64,000 nucleotides of DNA, taken from assembly GCA_965369125.1 (NCBI GenBank), contig CBDUPN010000001.1:118653-182652 (forward strand), read 5' to 3'. This document shows positions 63,022 to 64,000 of the stretch, piece after piece. A program made the translations under genes and the position numbers. Position 1 is the stretch's first letter. Each line of letters begins with the position of its first letter. This DNA is from an uncultured Aureibaculum sp. GTDB taxonomy: Bacteria; Bacteroidota; Bacteroidia; Flavobacteriales; Flavobacteriaceae. The notes under the pieces are model-generated. The model saw only the letters and a program-made list of their open reading frames with translations, did no database searches and was not told the DNA's origin.

Positions 63022-64000
63022 TTGAAACCAATCATTTATATATTCTTATTCTGCTGTTATTTGTCTTCATTTTCTCAAGAATTAAAATTTAATAGGGGTG
63101 AAATTATAGATTCAGTTTTAGTTAGCGCTAATTCAAACGAATCATTCGCACTTTATCTTCCCATGCAAATTAATCTTTCAGAATTTTCACCGATAATTTT
63201 CATTTATGAGCCTATGGGCAGAGGGGAAATTGGCATCCTTCCATTTATAAAAACTGCTGATACATATGGATATATATTAGTTTGCTCTAATAATTCGAAA
63301 AACGGACCTTATGAACAAAACTTTGAAGTGGCAAATAGGTTATTCAGTAAAATATTTTCTGATTTCAATATCCATAAAAACAGAATTTATACCTCCGGAT
63401 TTTCGGGTGGTGCACGACTGGCCTCTAAAATTGCAAATTTAACTCAACAGATTCAAGGTGTAGTTGCCTGCGGTGCAGGGTTTTCTTCAATCAATGGTGA
63501 ATTACCAAATTCTGGCAATTTCTCCTATGCAGCCATTGTAGGTGATGAAGATATGAATTTTAAGGATCTGTATACTACCAAAGGTATTTTAGATAGATTA
63601 AAAATGTCAAATGAACTATTCGTATATGAAATGAATCATAAATGGCCTGATCAAGAACAAATTCTAAGGGCATTTGATTGGATGCAATTGGAAGCCTATA
63701 ACAAAGGAATTATACCCACAGATCATCAAAATATAAGAAAAATATATTCCAAATATTACATCAAGGCTAAAATGTATGAAAATGAGAACAAACTTCTTTC
63801 AGCATTTAATGAGTATAACAGAATTCGGAAAAACTTCTCAAAATATTATAAATTAGATAGTATCATTAATAAAATAACACTCTTAAAAAATAATAAAAAT
63901 TATAAAAGAGAAAAGAAGAATTTAATTTCAAATTTCGAAAAAGAAACAGCTTATACCGAATCACTATTAGAACAATTTAAAAAAGATATTAAAAAGATGG
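63022..64000 (+). CDS. Secreted alpha/beta-hydrolase-fold protein (3' truncated; not in ORF track)
   Basis: Hand translation from TTG: MKPIIYIFLFCCYLSSFSQ..FALYLP..IYTSGFSGGARLAS (GxSxG nucleophile elbow); no stop seen before the window end. Confidence 0.7.
   Translation, partial: MKPIIYIFLFCCYLSSFSQELKFNRGEIIDSVLVSANSNESFALYLPMQINLSEFSPIIFIYEPMGRGEIGILPFIKTADTYGYILVCSNNSKNGPYEQNFEVANRLFSKIFSDFNIHKNRIYTSGFSGGARLASKIANLTQQIQGVVACGAGFSSINGELPNSGNFSYAAIVGDEDMNFKDLYTTKGILDRLKMSNELFVYEMNHKWPDQEQILRAFDWMQLEAYNKGIIPTDHQNIRKIYSKYYIKAKMYENENKLLSAFNEYNRIRKNFSKYYKLDSIINKITLLKNNKNYKREKKNLISNFEKETAYTESLLEQFKKDIKKM

Overview
AT-rich bacterial chromosomal segment from a member of the Flavobacteriaceae (Bacteroidota). 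The assignment rests on SusC/SusD pairs, TAnnTTTG -7 promoter elements, the str/S10/spc/alpha cluster lacking tuf, adk and map, and the rplQ-carA-eno-gltA gene order. About half is core housekeeping DNA: a complete ribosomal protein supercluster (14074-31140), carA, eno, gltA, rlmB, rarA, yjjG, radC, trkAH and icmF. No rRNA, tRNA, CRISPR array or mobile element was found. The accessory content is: (1) a divergent pair of a YncD/PqqU-like TonB-dependent receptor and a lipoprotein PQQ/heme-c quinohemoprotein dehydrogenase with an atypical active site, sharing a repeat-rich operator, which looks like a PQQ-scavenging oxidation module of unknown substrate and is the best candidate for a new system; (2) a eukaryotic-type citrate synthase with its own promoter and terminator directly upstream of the normal gltA; (3) two tandem paralogous secreted proteins between rplQ and carA, each bounded by related terminator hairpins; (4) an Omp85-like gene followed by two enzyme-free SusC/SusD pairs; (5) a glycosyltransferase-free glycan export/modification cluster (Wzx, acyltransferase, AsnB-like, GNAT/FemAB-like, deacetylase). 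Several structured intergenic RNAs lie inside the ribosomal operon. All family assignments come from motif recognition by eye, not database searches.
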